Positions 51,418 to 60,642 of a DNA stretch of 64,000 bases are shown one piece after another. Source of the DNA: Spirochaetia bacterium (GTDB lineage Bacteria; Spirochaetota; Spirochaetia; SZUA-6; Bin103); assembly GCA_965198005.1 (NCBI GenBank), contig CBDAOI010000004.1:1696001-1760000 (forward strand). Direction: 5' to 3'. Position numbers and translations under genes: made by a program. Below the pieces are notes generated by a model. The model made no database searches. It was not told the DNA's origin and was given only the letters and a program-made list of their open reading frames with translations. Position 1 is the first letter of the stretch. Each line of letters starts with the position of its first letter.

Positions 51418-51896
51418 GAGTCGACCACATCCACAGCGTCATTGCCGTACTTCTCCGCCACTGCTCCAGGCACCCCACGGACGGCGAAATATGCATACGT
51501 GCCGTCGCCCTCGAAGGTCACCTCGGCGAACACCTGAGCATCCCTGAAATCCCAGTAAATGCCCACGTCTCCCTCGGTGCCTTCCTCCGGGTACGGCAGC
51601 GGAATGTCGCCGGGCCTGCCGTCGAGGAAGGTCAAGGCGTCGTTCACTGCTTCTTGTGATGGGGCCTTGGCGCCGTTTCCATCCCAGTTCTCATCCAAGC
51701 GCGCATAGGACAGAAGTTCTTGGCGGAGTTCGGACTCGGACTCGACCTTTGAGGTGAGTGCGGTCCAGCGGCCCGAACCGTCGATCGCCTGCAGAACTGG
51801 ATCGAGGGTTTCTCTGGCCACCTCAAAAAACGAAATCACCATTTCGTATAGGTACGGCAGATGTGGATGAGATATCTGGGTAGCAGCTTCAGTCAT
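51327..51896 (-). CDS. Hypothetical protein with NWDGxGA motif
   Basis: LDENWDGNGAKAPSQEAV; GGAGA RBS. Confidence 0.55.
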   Translation of the reverse strand: MTEAATQISHPHLPYLYEMVISFFEVARETLDPVLQAIDGSGRWTALTSKVESESELRQELLSYARLDENWDGNGAKAPSQEAVNDALTFLDGRPGDIPLPYPEEGTEGDVGIYWDFRDAQVFAEVTFEGDGTYAYFAVRGVPGAVAEKYGNDAVDVVDSWPDDILRILRLQSPRPRSQSTLSPLIVCS

Positions 51897-52019
51897 GGCT
51901 GGCTATCTCCGCGTGTCTACGGGCGCGGGGGCAGCAGTTTTCGGGTGATGCCCATAGTCATGGTACAGCACCGACACCGTGCTGATCAAGTCAACGGGGT
52001 CAGGTCGTTCACGCCACTG

Positions 52020-52465
52020 CGCCACTTTGCCGTTGGCGATGAGCTTGCGGATGGTGGGCGCGCGCAAGGTGGTGATCCAGCGCATGCCGTCGATGCCCTT
52101 GAGGTCCTCGCGGATACGCGCGCCGGTGAGCATGCCGCGGTCGCCGACCAAGACCACCCGCTGCAAGCCGAAGCGGCCGCGAATCTTGTCCACCTGGGCG
52201 GCGACCGTCGCCGGATCGCCGGTAGAGCCCTCGAACACCTCGACCGGCCACCGGACAGCCGTCTGCGGTGCACAGCAAGCCGAACACGATCTGCAAGGTG
52301 CCACGCTTGCCGTCGCGGCTGTGACCGCGCTGCGCCAACGGGCAGGTGTGTCCCTCGAAGAAACTGGAGGTAAGGTCGTATAGCACCAACGTGTTGTCAC
52401 TGAGATGGCGCTTGGCCAAGCGGTTCTCGATACCCCCACTGGCGCCGGCGCAGCCAGTCCATCGC
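52020..52465 (-). mobile_element. IS1634-like transposase internal remnant
   Basis: LVLYDLTSSFFEG, GHSRD, EVFEGSTGD, LVGDRGM. Confidence 0.8.
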
Positions 52466-52604
52466 CGTGGGGGAGTTGCGCCGGCAGGAGAAGGCGGCGG
52501 CGAATCGCGTTCGTGAAAGGCCCCGACTGGGTCAGCATCGAGCTGGTGCAGCAGTAAGGCCGGCGCAAGCAGGTGGCGAGCCGCCAGGTAGCGTTGTCGG
52601 TTTG

Positions 52605-53342
52605 TCAGCGCTGCGGCGGCAACTCGAGCGGTCGCGGGTGGAGGGTTCGGACCACCAGCTCGGGCGTGAAGGCGTTGCCGGTCTGGGTCGCCAGAAAGAG
52701 CGCCGCTTGCGCGATGTCGTCGGGGTCCATCCAGCGCGACCAGTCGGCATCCGGGAAACCGCGCTGGGGCATCTCGGTCCTGACGAATCCGGGGCAGATC
52801 ACGGTGACGCGGATTCCGTCTTGCCAGACCTCGTCCGCTACCGATTCGGTGAAGCCGATCACGCCGAACTTCGATGCCGAGTAGGCGCAGCGGCCGGCCG
52901 ATCCACGCTTGCCCGCGCCGGAGGAGATATTGATGATCACCCCGCTACCCTGGCCTCGCATCGGCTCGATCACCGCCTTCGTGCAGAGGAACACGCCGCG
53001 CAGGTTTACGCGGATCATCTCGTCCCAGGCCGCCACCGGCATCTCCCACACCGGATGCCGATGGATCACTCCGGCGCCGTTGACCAGAATGTCGACTCGT
53101 CCGAACGTGTCGAACACCTGCCGTGTCATTGCCTCCACCGCGGCCGCATCGGCCACGTCGACCGCCAGCGCCAACGCTTGGCGTCCCATCGCCGCAACCT
53201 CGTCGGCGACCTGCTCCACCTGAGCGCGCGTGCGCGCAACCACCACGACGTTGGCCCCGTCACGGGCGAACGCGAGCGCCGTGGCGCGACCAATGCCCCG
53301 CCCGCCACCCGTAACGATCGCTATCTTGTCCTCAAGACGCAT
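52605..53342 (-). CDS. Short-chain dehydrogenase/reductase
   Basis: TGGGRGIG, NGAG, NISS, YSASK, PG. Confidence 0.9.
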   Translation of the reverse strand: MRLEDKIAIVTGGGRGIGRATALAFARDGANVVVVARTRAQVEQVADEVAAMGRQALALAVDVADAAAVEAMTRQVFDTFGRVDILVNGAGVIHRHPVWEMPVAAWDEMIRVNLRGVFLCTKAVIEPMRGQGSGVIINISSGAGKRGSAGRCAYSASKFGVIGFTESVADEVWQDGIRVTVICPGFVRTEMPQRGFPDADWSRWMDPDDIAQAALFLATQTGNAFTPELVVRTLHPRPLELPPQR

Positions 53343-53395
53343 GAGCTTCTCCCTGTTCGTAGTGCATCCCCGATGCTCCATTGCTCCTGTCAGAC

Positions 53396-53479
53396 TCATC
53401 CCTCGGCGGCGATGACGAACAGCTTTCTGTACCGGCGCTGCCCATAGGGTCTCCGAAAACTACGTCTCGCTTGCGGCAC
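53396..53479 (-). pseudogene. RloB-like gene 5' stub
   Basis: RRYRKLFVIAAEG then stop; overlaps the end of the RloA-like ATPase. Confidence 0.6.
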
Positions 53480-54788
53480 CTGGCATGCTTCCCGACGATA
53501 TGATGCGAGGGATACCGCCCAATCGCCCTTGGAGATAGCTCTTGCGGATATCCTTGTCGTAGCGGACGTCGCGGTACTCGCTGAACGAAAACAGGCTTGA
53601 AGCACCGGAATTGTCCCGTTCCGTGACCCACATTTCGTCGCGCCGCAACCATCGCTGGTCCATCAACAGGACGTCGTGCGTGGTCAGGAGCAACTGCGTT
53701 CTGGTGCCTGCATTGCGGGTGTAAAGGTAGTCCTCGAGCAGTCGGCGGGTCAGTAACGTGTGCAAGCTGCGATCAACCTCGTCGATCACGTAGACGCGCT
53801 GTGAAGCATCGGTGGAAAGATCGAGAAACGCGGGGACAAGATCAATGAGCCGCTGTGAACCGTCCGACTCCTGAGACACCTCGAAGTGCGCTTCAGTACC
53901 ATCAGCCATCTTGTGTACGGCGACACGTTTCCACGCGATCAAGTCGCCGTCCTTACGAGCAATCAGGAACTGATTGTTGGAATAATCTTCCGCAATTGCC
54001 CCTTGCTGATCGCCCAGAGTATCTTGAATATCGGCTTTCACCGCTTCGGGTAACTGGACGTTTTCGAATGGCACGAATTCATTGCCGAGATGAGATATGC
54101 CCGTATCGAAGTCTCGCAATTTCTCGTTCATGGTTACCGTGAATGGATGATCGCTATCGAAAAACAGTGCCCCACCGCCGAACCGAGCGTCGGGAGCCAC
54201 CATCTGCAGGGTATTCTTGAACCAGTCGTGGATCGGCTTAAACTGCCGAACCCTCTGCGACACGGAGTTGGTCAGAAAGAGCTGATTGTCGCGGGTTCCC
54301 CGGAAGGCGAACAGCAGAAACTGCCGGTCATGCTCCAGAGAACTATCTAATTCGATCCTTCCGTTGCCGCGACTGTAGAGCATCCGCTCGCTCGCGCTGC
54401 CAACTTGCACCAAGCGCTCCTCGACTACCTCGGTTTGGGTCATGGCAAAGCTGAAGGCGTAGATAACCTCGTCTATCAGGAGCTCGAATTCGAAGCGAGA
54501 TGGAAGCGTCGCACACCTTCTGTCCAACAGAAAGGGGAGAACGGGGATGCGGTTGTCCGGCTGAGTCCCCCCGACGACCTGTTTCCTGGCAAAGGCCAGC
54601 GCCTTGAAGAGATTGGTCTTACCCGACGCGTTGCCTCCATACACGGCCGCAACTGGCAGAACTCTCGTCTGGTACGTCCCGAGCCGGGCGAGGTGTTCAC
54701 CGTGCTGACGCTCCCGGCTCGCCACCATCGACAAGGTGACGCGGTCGCGAAAGGACATCCAGTTTTCGACTGAGAAACTGATTATCAT
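53460..54788 (-). CDS. AAA_21/RloA-like ATPase
   Basis: ENWMSFRD, YGGNASGKTN, ESDGSQRL, IDEVDRSLH, TTHD, YLQGRLGGIP. Confidence 0.88.
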   Translation of the reverse strand: MIISFSVENWMSFRDRVTLSMVASRERQHGEHLARLGTYQTRVLPVAAVYGGNASGKTNLFKALAFARKQVVGGTQPDNRIPVLPFLLDRRCATLPSRFEFELLIDEVIYAFSFAMTQTEVVEERLVQVGSASERMLYSRGNGRIELDSSLEHDRQFLLFAFRGTRDNQLFLTNSVSQRVRQFKPIHDWFKNTLQMVAPDARFGGGALFFDSDHPFTVTMNEKLRDFDTGISHLGNEFVPFENVQLPEAVKADIQDTLGDQQGAIAEDYSNNQFLIARKDGDLIAWKRVAVHKMADGTEAHFEVSQESDGSQRLIDLVPAFLDLSTDASQRVYVIDEVDRSLHTLLTRRLLEDYLYTRNAGTRTQLLLTTHDVLLMDQRWLRRDEMWVTERDNSGASSLFSFSEYRDVRYDKDIRKSYLQGRLGGIPRIISSGSMPGAASET

Positions 54789-55015
54789 GACAACGATTCC
54801 CGGTAAGGAGCGAATTGATCGTGGTACATAGCTACGTCAACGGCCCCAGCCGGGTTGCTCTCGACCTATAATGTGAAAATATCTCATGACGCGGTGCAGA
54901 TGTCAAGCACCTCTCCGCGTTGCGCGTTGCCGCCTTCGCGGATGGTCAGCTCGCAGCGCGCCACGACCCGCGGCGGTTGGCTCCCGCGCCCGTGCTCAGC
55001 CCACATCTGCCTCAG

Positions 55016-55088
55016 CTCTCCAGCGTCACGCGGCCGCCGGAGAACACGTCGAGCGTCGCGACCGTCTTGGCGAGCACCAGCGGGTCCT
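55016..55088 (-). pseudogene. Micro-fragment of an LLM-class (luciferase-like) oxidoreductase
   Basis: DPLVLAKTVATLDVFSGGRVTL. Confidence 0.5.
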
Positions 55089-55095
55089 ATTGATC

Positions 55096-56547
55096 CTATC
55101 GAATCGGTCGGACGCCGCCTCTGCGTCCCAGGCGATACCCTACTCTGAAGACATCGGGGATGTTGACCCGTTCGTCGCGCATGCGCAGGAACACCCCTAA
55201 CGACTCAAGATCTTCCCGGACACCGTCGGCTCCCCGTGCCATGTGACGCGGGGGGAGTTTCACGTCGCCCTGCTGCGCTTCGTCAGCCAACCCGTCGAGG
55301 ACTGCTCCGGTACGCCAGCGCCCCGCGATTTCGCTGAACCGGCAGGGAACCACGACACCGGCAAGCGGACTGAGTACACGGTGCACCCACGGGTAATCTT
55401 CCTGGAGCTCGCGCACTCGTATCTGCGATGCTTCCTGCACGCCGCGTTTGATACTCTCGAAGTGCAGCGCGAATTCATGCTGCGGATGGCGATCCTGCGT
55501 GTCGTCCGCGGCCGTTCTGAGCGCGGCCAGAAACGAGCGTGGGCTCACCTTGCCCTCAGTATCCGCCAGATGACTCGGAATCCACGTATAGGGAAAGCCT
55601 CGACGTGGCCCGCGTCCCATCCATGGACCGGACAGGGCGTGAAACCTCTCCCGCTGATGCTCGTCATTGACGATGAGCATCCGGGGCACCGAATACAAGC
55701 CCCGGTGCCCAGCATCCGTCGGGTCCCAACCATTGCCGAAGAACCTTCGAAGTTCGGCGCCATGATCCCCGTTTGCAAGGTAGTGCCACAGCAACCCGTA
55801 GAGCTCGTGACGCGGCCAATTCAAGGAGACGGAGGACGACAGGGCCTTTGACGCGTCCGGAAAGTCTCCGATTTCGCTTTCGTTGAACTGATCGGAGCGC
55901 AAGAACACCTTAACGCGGAGCCTGCGATAAGAACGCAGCTCTATCGCAGTTTGTAGCAACCCCCGTATCACGCGGTACATCTCACGCCAATCGTCGGCAC
56001 ACCGATCCAGCGCGTCGAACAAGACCAGAAAGTACACACCGTTGCGGTCGAATTCACGGTCGCGTTCCGCGAACAGGCGTTCTATCAACTCAGGATTGTC
56101 GATGACATACCTGGTGCGATGTTGCCAGGTGGGCTGCAGTCGCAGAGGATGACTGCTCGGAGCGACCTGCCAGGCTTGCACCGCACGCCAGATGTCTCGA
56201 GGTTCGATGCCGGCTCTCATCAGGCTGCGGAGTATGTCTTTGCTCGGGTACTTCTCCGGATCCTGAGTGACGCCGAATCCGGTTCGAATCTCGGTGCGTT
56301 CGCTCAGCGTTGACCGTTCCGCCAGTTGCCCGACCAACCCGCGCACGTCGGAATCCTGGAGAGCACTCCACCAGAATGTTTTTCCGGCCCCGCGCATGCC
56401 GGTTACGAGGAGGTTGTCCGGATGCAGCGCCTTCAGGTGGGAGCGGGGCAGATACACGTCGCTCGGCGTTGGCTGGTGTCCGTGGCTCGTCGCTTGTGGT
56501 AGTGCGGTTAACGCCGAGCGTGCGGTTTCAACTGGAATATCGTGCAT
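55096..56547 (-). CDS. Uncharacterised P-loop ATPase
   Basis: VTGMRGAGKT Walker A, VLFDALD Walker B, KVFLRSD, SPRSFL. Confidence 0.8.
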   Translation of the reverse strand: MHDIPVETARSALTALPQATSHGHQPTPSDVYLPRSHLKALHPDNLLVTGMRGAGKTFWWSALQDSDVRGLVGQLAERSTLSERTEIRTGFGVTQDPEKYPSKDILRSLMRAGIEPRDIWRAVQAWQVAPSSHPLRLQPTWQHRTRYVIDNPELIERLFAERDREFDRNGVYFLVLFDALDRCADDWREMYRVIRGLLQTAIELRSYRRLRVKVFLRSDQFNESEIGDFPDASKALSSSVSLNWPRHELYGLLWHYLANGDHGAELRRFFGNGWDPTDAGHRGLYSVPRMLIVNDEHQRERFHALSGPWMGRGPRRGFPYTWIPSHLADTEGKVSPRSFLAALRTAADDTQDRHPQHEFALHFESIKRGVQEASQIRVRELQEDYPWVHRVLSPLAGVVVPCRFSEIAGRWRTGAVLDGLADEAQQGDVKLPPRHMARGADGVREDLESLGVFLRMRDERVNIPDVFRVGYRLGRRGGVRPIR

Positions 56548-57841
56548 CGCGTTGATCTCGTATCGCCGCCACAATGCGATCAAATCGTTCCAGGAACGTG
56601 GAGTAGGCTTTGGTTACTGGAGATTCGCTGGGGTCTCGTAGCGAAGCACCGGCGGCAAGTCCCCGTGTCCAGACGATCGGAATCGGGTCGTGCGGTGCCT
56701 CCTCGTCGTTCAGGCCGAAGGAGAAGTAGTCGCGCGCTGGGTCGTCGGATACGTCCAATTCGTCATAGAGGCCCTGAAACAAAGACCAGGAACTCTCTCG
56801 GAACGCCTGAAGGTAGTCCTCGTATTCCTCCTCTGGTGTCAACGCCGACACTACCCACAGGCGTTCACGTATCTGGGATGCCAACTTGCGGTTGCGCCAG
56901 TGGTCGAAGATGATACGGTACGCGTCCCACGTACTTTCTGAGTCGACGCCAAAGAGCAGGACCTGCGCGTTCAAGTCGGTGACGGTGGCAGCACTAATGT
57001 CATGCAATCCACAGCGACTCTCCATCAAGATCACCGTAGGATGAAGGAAATCCTCCAAGGACTGCAACATACGTTGCAGTCGTTTGGTCCATGACTCAAG
57101 TTGTTCGGCCGCTGGATCCGGATTCTCCATGTAGACACGGCCGAGCTTGGCCAGGTAATTGCCGGGGTTTCTGCCATGGGCTGGGGCCACGTGCACTTCT
57201 CCTTCCAAGTCCTCCCCCCATTGCGGAGCAGCCGTCATTCGTTGGATAACGCGATCGCCTTGTCCGATCAGGTCTTCGACAAACCAGTCGGTCACGCCGA
57301 ACTCGGGGCGTGTGCGCGGGGCGAGCATGGCTGACGACAGGCCGGGCGACTCCAGGTCGAGATCGACGATCAGGACTCGCTCGCCGCTACGGGCCAAGTG
57401 CCACCCGAGAATCGCCGCGGTCGTGCTCCGGCCTACTCCTCCCTTTACCGAGTACAAAGTGTATCGTTGTGCCGTCGACTTTGTTGCATCCTGGAGAACC
57501 GTCCACCAGTCGTGCCCGGTCACGAGACGGTCGACCCAGTAAACACCTGTTCGGATCATCAGCTTCGGCCTGAGCGAGTCCAACGTGGCTTGATCGACGG
57601 CAAGCACCGCGTCCTCAGGTGGGTATGCACGGGGGCCGAGAGCTTCATACAGTGCGTCTGCGAGGCGCTGTAGTTGGTCACTTGCGGTTTCGTAGTCCGA
57701 GTCAGACACGGAGATGCCGAGCTTTCCGTAGAGGTCACTGACCAGATAAACGGAGATGTCCTGGGATGCCATCTCTGGCTTGTCGAGGACGGCAGTGACG
57801 ATCTTCAACACAGCATCAAATGGAACAAAGCCGTCGGTCAT
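56528..57841 (-). CDS. ParA/MinD-like ATPase with variant KGGVGRS Walker A and extra N-terminal domain
   Basis: YSVKGGVGRSTT, VLIVDLDLESPG, MESRCGL. Confidence 0.82.
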   Translation of the reverse strand: MTDGFVPFDAVLKIVTAVLDKPEMASQDISVYLVSDLYGKLGISVSDSDYETASDQLQRLADALYEALGPRAYPPEDAVLAVDQATLDSLRPKLMIRTGVYWVDRLVTGHDWWTVLQDATKSTAQRYTLYSVKGGVGRSTTAAILGWHLARSGERVLIVDLDLESPGLSSAMLAPRTRPEFGVTDWFVEDLIGQGDRVIQRMTAAPQWGEDLEGEVHVAPAHGRNPGNYLAKLGRVYMENPDPAAEQLESWTKRLQRMLQSLEDFLHPTVILMESRCGLHDISAATVTDLNAQVLLFGVDSESTWDAYRIIFDHWRNRKLASQIRERLWVVSALTPEEEYEDYLQAFRESSWSLFQGLYDELDVSDDPARDYFSFGLNDEEAPHDPIPIVWTRGLAAGASLRDPSESPVTKAYSTFLERFDRIVAAIRDQRDARYSS

Positions 57842-58278
57842 AGCAATCTGTCCTGTTGCGCCTGTTTGATCATTTTGACGATCCGCGCGGCCGCAGACTT
57901 GTGCGGCTTGACCTGTTGCTGAGAAAAGTGGCTGGCAGATAAGTACCGATCAGTGATCGACCAGTTATTGAACGGATTGGACCTCGGAACAAAGGACACG
58001 TATCTGGTTCCATTCCGACCTGCAAGGAATCGTCGAAAGGCAGGCCAGAGTTGATCTACGTGGGTCCGGTACTCTCTGATGGTCGGTGAACCGGATTGAT
58101 CGACCGGCATCTTGAGAGCTTTCATGATCGCCTTCAAGCCACACTCGGCGCTCACGCCGTAAAGGTGATCGGCGTTCGCCCAGCGGCTATCGGCATAGAG
58201 GTATTCCGCATCTTCCCAATGGCGGCCGTGCGCATTTACGAAATCGGCGGGCGGAGGATTGCTGGGTGGGCTCGGCAC
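57838..58278 (-). CDS. HEPN-like domain protein
   Basis: RHWEDAEYL...ADHLYGVSAECGLKA...THVDQLW...W...RY pattern; AGGAG RBS. Confidence 0.65.
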   Translation of the reverse strand: MPSPPSNPPPADFVNAHGRHWEDAEYLYADSRWANADHLYGVSAECGLKAIMKALKMPVDQSGSPTIREYRTHVDQLWPAFRRFLAGRNGTRYVSFVPRSNPFNNWSITDRYLSASHFSQQQVKPHKSAAARIVKMIKQAQQDRLL

Positions 58279-58429
58279 GGCGTCGTCTCCTGTCTCCAGT
58301 CACCCGCTACTATACCCGGGTTCGCTCGTTGGTGGTAGGTGCGCTGTGCCTGGGGTATGCCTGGGGCTCGGAGGCTCGGCGTCGGCCGATTGTCAGCGGC
58401 CGACCGCGGGCGCATACTGCGGCTCGATC

Positions 58430-59575
58430 ATGAAGGTGCTCGTAACCGGCGTGGCCGGGTTCATCGGCTACCACGTGGCCCGGCGGCTGGTCGATCAGGG
58501 GCACGCGGTGCTCGGCATCGACAATCTCAACCGGTACTACGACGTCCGGCTGAAGCTGGATCGGCTGCGGGACCTGGGGCTGGAGTTCGCGGGGGACGTG
58601 GGGCCGGCTGCGGGGCCTGCGGGGGATGCGGGGCCTGCTGGCGGGGACGCGGGGGACGGGCAGGGCGAACCGGAGGCGGGTAGGGCGCCCTCGGGCCTGC
58701 GCTTCAGGCGTCTCGACCTGACCGACAGCGGGCGCACGGCCGCTCTGTTTGCGGAGGAGCGGTTCGATGCGGTGTGCCATTTGGCGGCACAGGCGGGCGT
58801 GAGATACTCGCTGAGCGACCCGTTCGCCTACACCGCCAACAATGTGCACGGCTTTCTCAGCGTGCTGGAGGCGGCGCGGCACCATCCCGTGCGTCACTTG
58901 GTGTATGCCTCATCCAGCTCGGTCTACGGGCTCGACCGGCACGTTCCCTTCGGCGAGACCGGGGCGGCGGATCACCCGGTCAGCCTGTATGCGGCCACCT
59001 GAGAGTGTTATATGTCCGGGCAGCAAGAACAAACCAAGCGCGCCAACGAGCTGATGGCGCACAGCTACTCCCACCTGTTCGGGATTCCCACCACCGGTCT
59101 GCGCTTCTTCACGGTCTACGGCCCGTGGGGGCGCCCCGACATGGCGCTGTTCCAGTTTACGCGCGCGCTCCTGCGCGAAGAGCCGATCGAGCTTTACAAC
59201 CACGGGGAGATGCGGCGCGACTTCACCTACGTGGACGACGCGGTGGACGCCGTGGTGCGGGTGTTGGAGCGTCCGGCGCAGGGGGTGGCCGGATGGGACG
59301 GGCGCCAGTCCTCGCTGTCGCCGGCGCCGGCGCGGGTGTACAACGTCGGCAACGGCGCGCCCGCCTCCGTGTACGACCTGGTGCAGGCGCTGGAACAGGA
59401 ACTGGGGATGAAGGCACGGGTGCGGAAAGTGCCGATGCAGCCGGGGGACGTGGCGCAGACCTGGGCCGACTGCACCGCGCTGCGCACCGAGCTGGGCTGG
59501 ACGGCGCACGTCACGATCCGGGAGGGAGTGCGGCGTTTCGTCGCGTGGTACCGGCGGTATAATGGACCACCGTGA
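58430..59575 (+). pseudogene. NAD-dependent epimerase (UDP-glucuronate 4-epimerase-like) interrupted by a 36-bp insert
   Basis: TGVAGFIG, HLAAQAGVRYS, YAAT|KRANE, LRFFTVYGPWGRPDMA. Confidence 0.88.
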
Positions 59576-59615
59576 GGGTCGCGACGGGAATTGAGACGCA
59601 ACATGGAGAGATACG

Positions 59616-60245
59616 ATGAATTTGACCAGAGTTGAATTGGAGTGCTTCACGGCATTCTCGGAAATAGGGCTCGATCTTTCGCGGGGAATCAACGTGCTCG
59701 TCGGCCCCAACGTGCCGATAATGCGTGGTCCGATGGATCCAGATCGGAAACGCTTACTCGCCACTCTGCAAAAGGCAATCGAAGGAAGGGTCGCGGTAAA
59801 GAACGAAGAATTCTTCCTGCGTAGCAAAGAGGGGAATCTTGAGTTTTCGCTGGTTGCGGAAGGAATAAGAAAGCTCGCGCTACTGTGGCTGCTGATCCAA
59901 AACGGTGTCTTGCAGGAGGGATCGGTGTTGTTGTGGGATGAACCTGAAACCAACCTCAATCCCAAAGTGTTCAAAACCTTGATAGAGGTCTTGTTCAAGT
60001 TACAGCGAACTGGAATACAAGTCTTACTTGCGACCCACGACTACGTCATCCTCAAAGAGCTTGATCTGCAACGAACGGAAGGAGATGAAGTTGCATACCA
60101 CTCATTCTACCGTGACGATACGGGTCAAGTAGCGTGCCACACTACGCCGCACTACCATGAGATTCATCCCAACGCGATTGCTGATACGTTTGACACACTA
60201 TACGATCGCGAGATTGAGCTCAGTCTGAGAGTCTCGACACCATGA
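59616..60245 (+). pseudogene. AAA_21/AAA_15-type ATPase with large internal deletion
   Basis: Walker A cut at VLVGPN; AEGIRKL, WDEPETNLNP, ATHD retained. Confidence 0.75.
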
Positions 60246-60620
60246 CGCTGACCGAGGGAACGTTGCAGTTCACGTTCAACGATGTCGCAGGCGGTGGTAG
60301 GTTTGATGGCCGGACGCACGGATTGAGTCACTGCATGAAGGCAGTAGATTTCATCGTTGAGCTGACTGACCGATACGTTCATCTACGAATGGGCTTCAGG
60401 GAGAGCTGACAAACCCATTGATTACTTCGTTCTTGTTACCGGTGCAGGTACACCGGAACTTATCAGGAGAGCTGAGGTGCTAAGGCACAAGCTGCCCCGG
60501 CTTGGTCCGTGGTCCCGAGCGTGGGAGCGACCGATTGTCGACCGCTCTGGCGTATTCAACATGGCCACCTGGAACCAGCACTTTCCGAACTACAATGTGT
60601 GTCGCGTACGGTCCAAGTAG
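60242..60620 (+). pseudogene. Partner gene of the ATPase (possible PD-(D/E)xK-like), internally deleted and frameshifted
   Basis: ATGA-coupled; MKAVDFIVEL then shift to YEWASGRADKPIDYFVL. Confidence 0.45.
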
Positions 60621-60642
60621 TCGGAGGGCTATGCGTGCGTGC

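Noticed and set aside
56528-57841. Ordinary chromosome-partition ParA or cell-division MinD
   Set aside because: Too long, K-to-R Walker A variant, no ParB/MinC/MinE, and coupled to HEPN-like and ATPase genes.
58590-58680. Gly/Ala/Pro-rich repeat-like stretch in the epimerase
   Set aside because: In-frame low-complexity loop, common in GC-rich genes; no sign of a separate element.
59000-59002. Selenocysteine readthrough of the TGA in the epimerase
   Set aside because: Readthrough would add 12 residues inside the YxxxK catalytic motif.
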